A stretch of 64,000 nucleotides of DNA. Origin: Octopus sinensis. Lineage: Eukaryota. The position numbers were made by a program, and so were the translations under genes. The number at the start of each line of letters is the position of its first letter. Position 1 is the stretch's first letter. This document shows positions 63,053 to 64,000 of the stretch, piece after piece. Under the pieces are notes generated by a model that was not told the origin of the DNA, did not search any database, and worked only from the letters and a program-made list of their open reading frames with translations. Location: NCBI RefSeq assembly GCF_006345805.1, contig NC_043006.1:2666001-2730000 (forward strand), in the 5' to 3' direction.

Positions 63053-64000
63053 CTGGGTCATCCCATAAATAATATGGGTTTTTTTCAGTTGCATGAACTA
63101 AAAGTCGGAGGGGGATGTGATAAACTGCCTGCATCAACTATAAAAGCAGGTAGTAATTTTACCTTGCCCTTATTCTTAGTGCAAGTTTTGAAGAGTTCAG
63201 TTTTATCAGTTATTTTCTCAAAGCTGTAATGGAAGTGACAAAGGAGCCTATACAGCATGTTTTGCTTTATGAGTTCAATAAAAGCAACAATGCAACGGAA
63301 AGTGCGAGGAATATGAATGCAGTATGTGGGGATTGGACAATAAGCGTATAAGGTGGTCCCAGAAATTCTGAGCCGGAAACAACAGCCTAGAAGACAAACC
63401 TTGTCCTGGAAGATCTGTAAAGCTCGACAAGGACATCCTACAAACTCTGGTGGAACAAAACCTATTGTAATTGTTGAGGAACTAGCAGAGAAGCTTGGAT
63501 TTGGTCATTCAACCATTCATCGACATCTGCATGCCATCAGGAGAGTCGGCAAATTGGGTCAATGGGTTCCTCACAACATTCTGAATCTAATCGCATGCAG
63601 AGAGTGAATGTGTGCTCTTCTTTGCTGTCATGTCTCATGAATGAACTGTTTTTCGACCGAATAGTGACTGGTGATGAGAAAATGGGACTTCTATAAAAAT
63701 GTCAAGCGCCAAAGACAGCGGGGTAGGGAAAGGAGAAACACAGGCACCCCAGGCGAAAGAAGGTTTTCACTCAGATAAGGTGTTGTTATCTATTTGTTGG
63801 GATATGAAAGGTTTAATCAACTTTGAACTTTTCAACCCAAACCAAACAATAACAAAGGAGATCTATTGCGAGCAGCTTGAGTGGTTGAAGTCAGCTCTAG
63901 AAGAAAAATGACCATCTTTGGTTTTAGGATGAAAGCTGTTCTTCCATCAAGATAATGCTCGACCACATAAAGTGAGGATGTCATTCGAAAGGCTGGAACA
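63053..64000 (+). mobile_element. Mariner transposon with frameshifted transposase, running off the window end
   Basis: TA|ctgggtcatcccataa TIR related to the 2813 element; ATG 63229 MEVTKE...LLYEFNK, WVPH, RIVTGDEK, HQDNARPH motifs. Confidence 0.9.

Overview
AT-rich, repeat-saturated eukaryotic DNA. The SINE families, the dense (TA)n/(CA)n/(TAA)n tracts and the RTE/mariner/Tc1 mix look like an octopus (cephalopod) genome; this is inferred from repeat content. I found no convincing host protein-coding gene, only weak candidate short exons, so this is probably a large intron or intergenic region. Recognisable elements: two mariner copies plus a relic, a full-length IR/DR Tc1 (DD34E) with two stops, a SPIN/Buster-like hAT relic, RTE LINE fragments (one ending in three C2H2 fingers), R4/Dong-like and CR1-like LINE ends, two non-autonomous Helitrons, MITEs and many tRNA-derived SINEs. 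The most notable signal is a set of small non-coding elements carrying type I hammerhead ribozyme (HHR) motifs, sitting in (TA)n tracts. They include a ~530-bp x ~5 tandem array with one HHR per unit (retrozyme-like or Penelope pseudo-LTR-like, 38281-40955), three long fold-back palindromes built on HHR sequence (26466-26720, 45548-45961, 58667-58971), and several minimal HHR elements, some with non-canonical cores. All coordinates were read by eye and may be off by a few bases.
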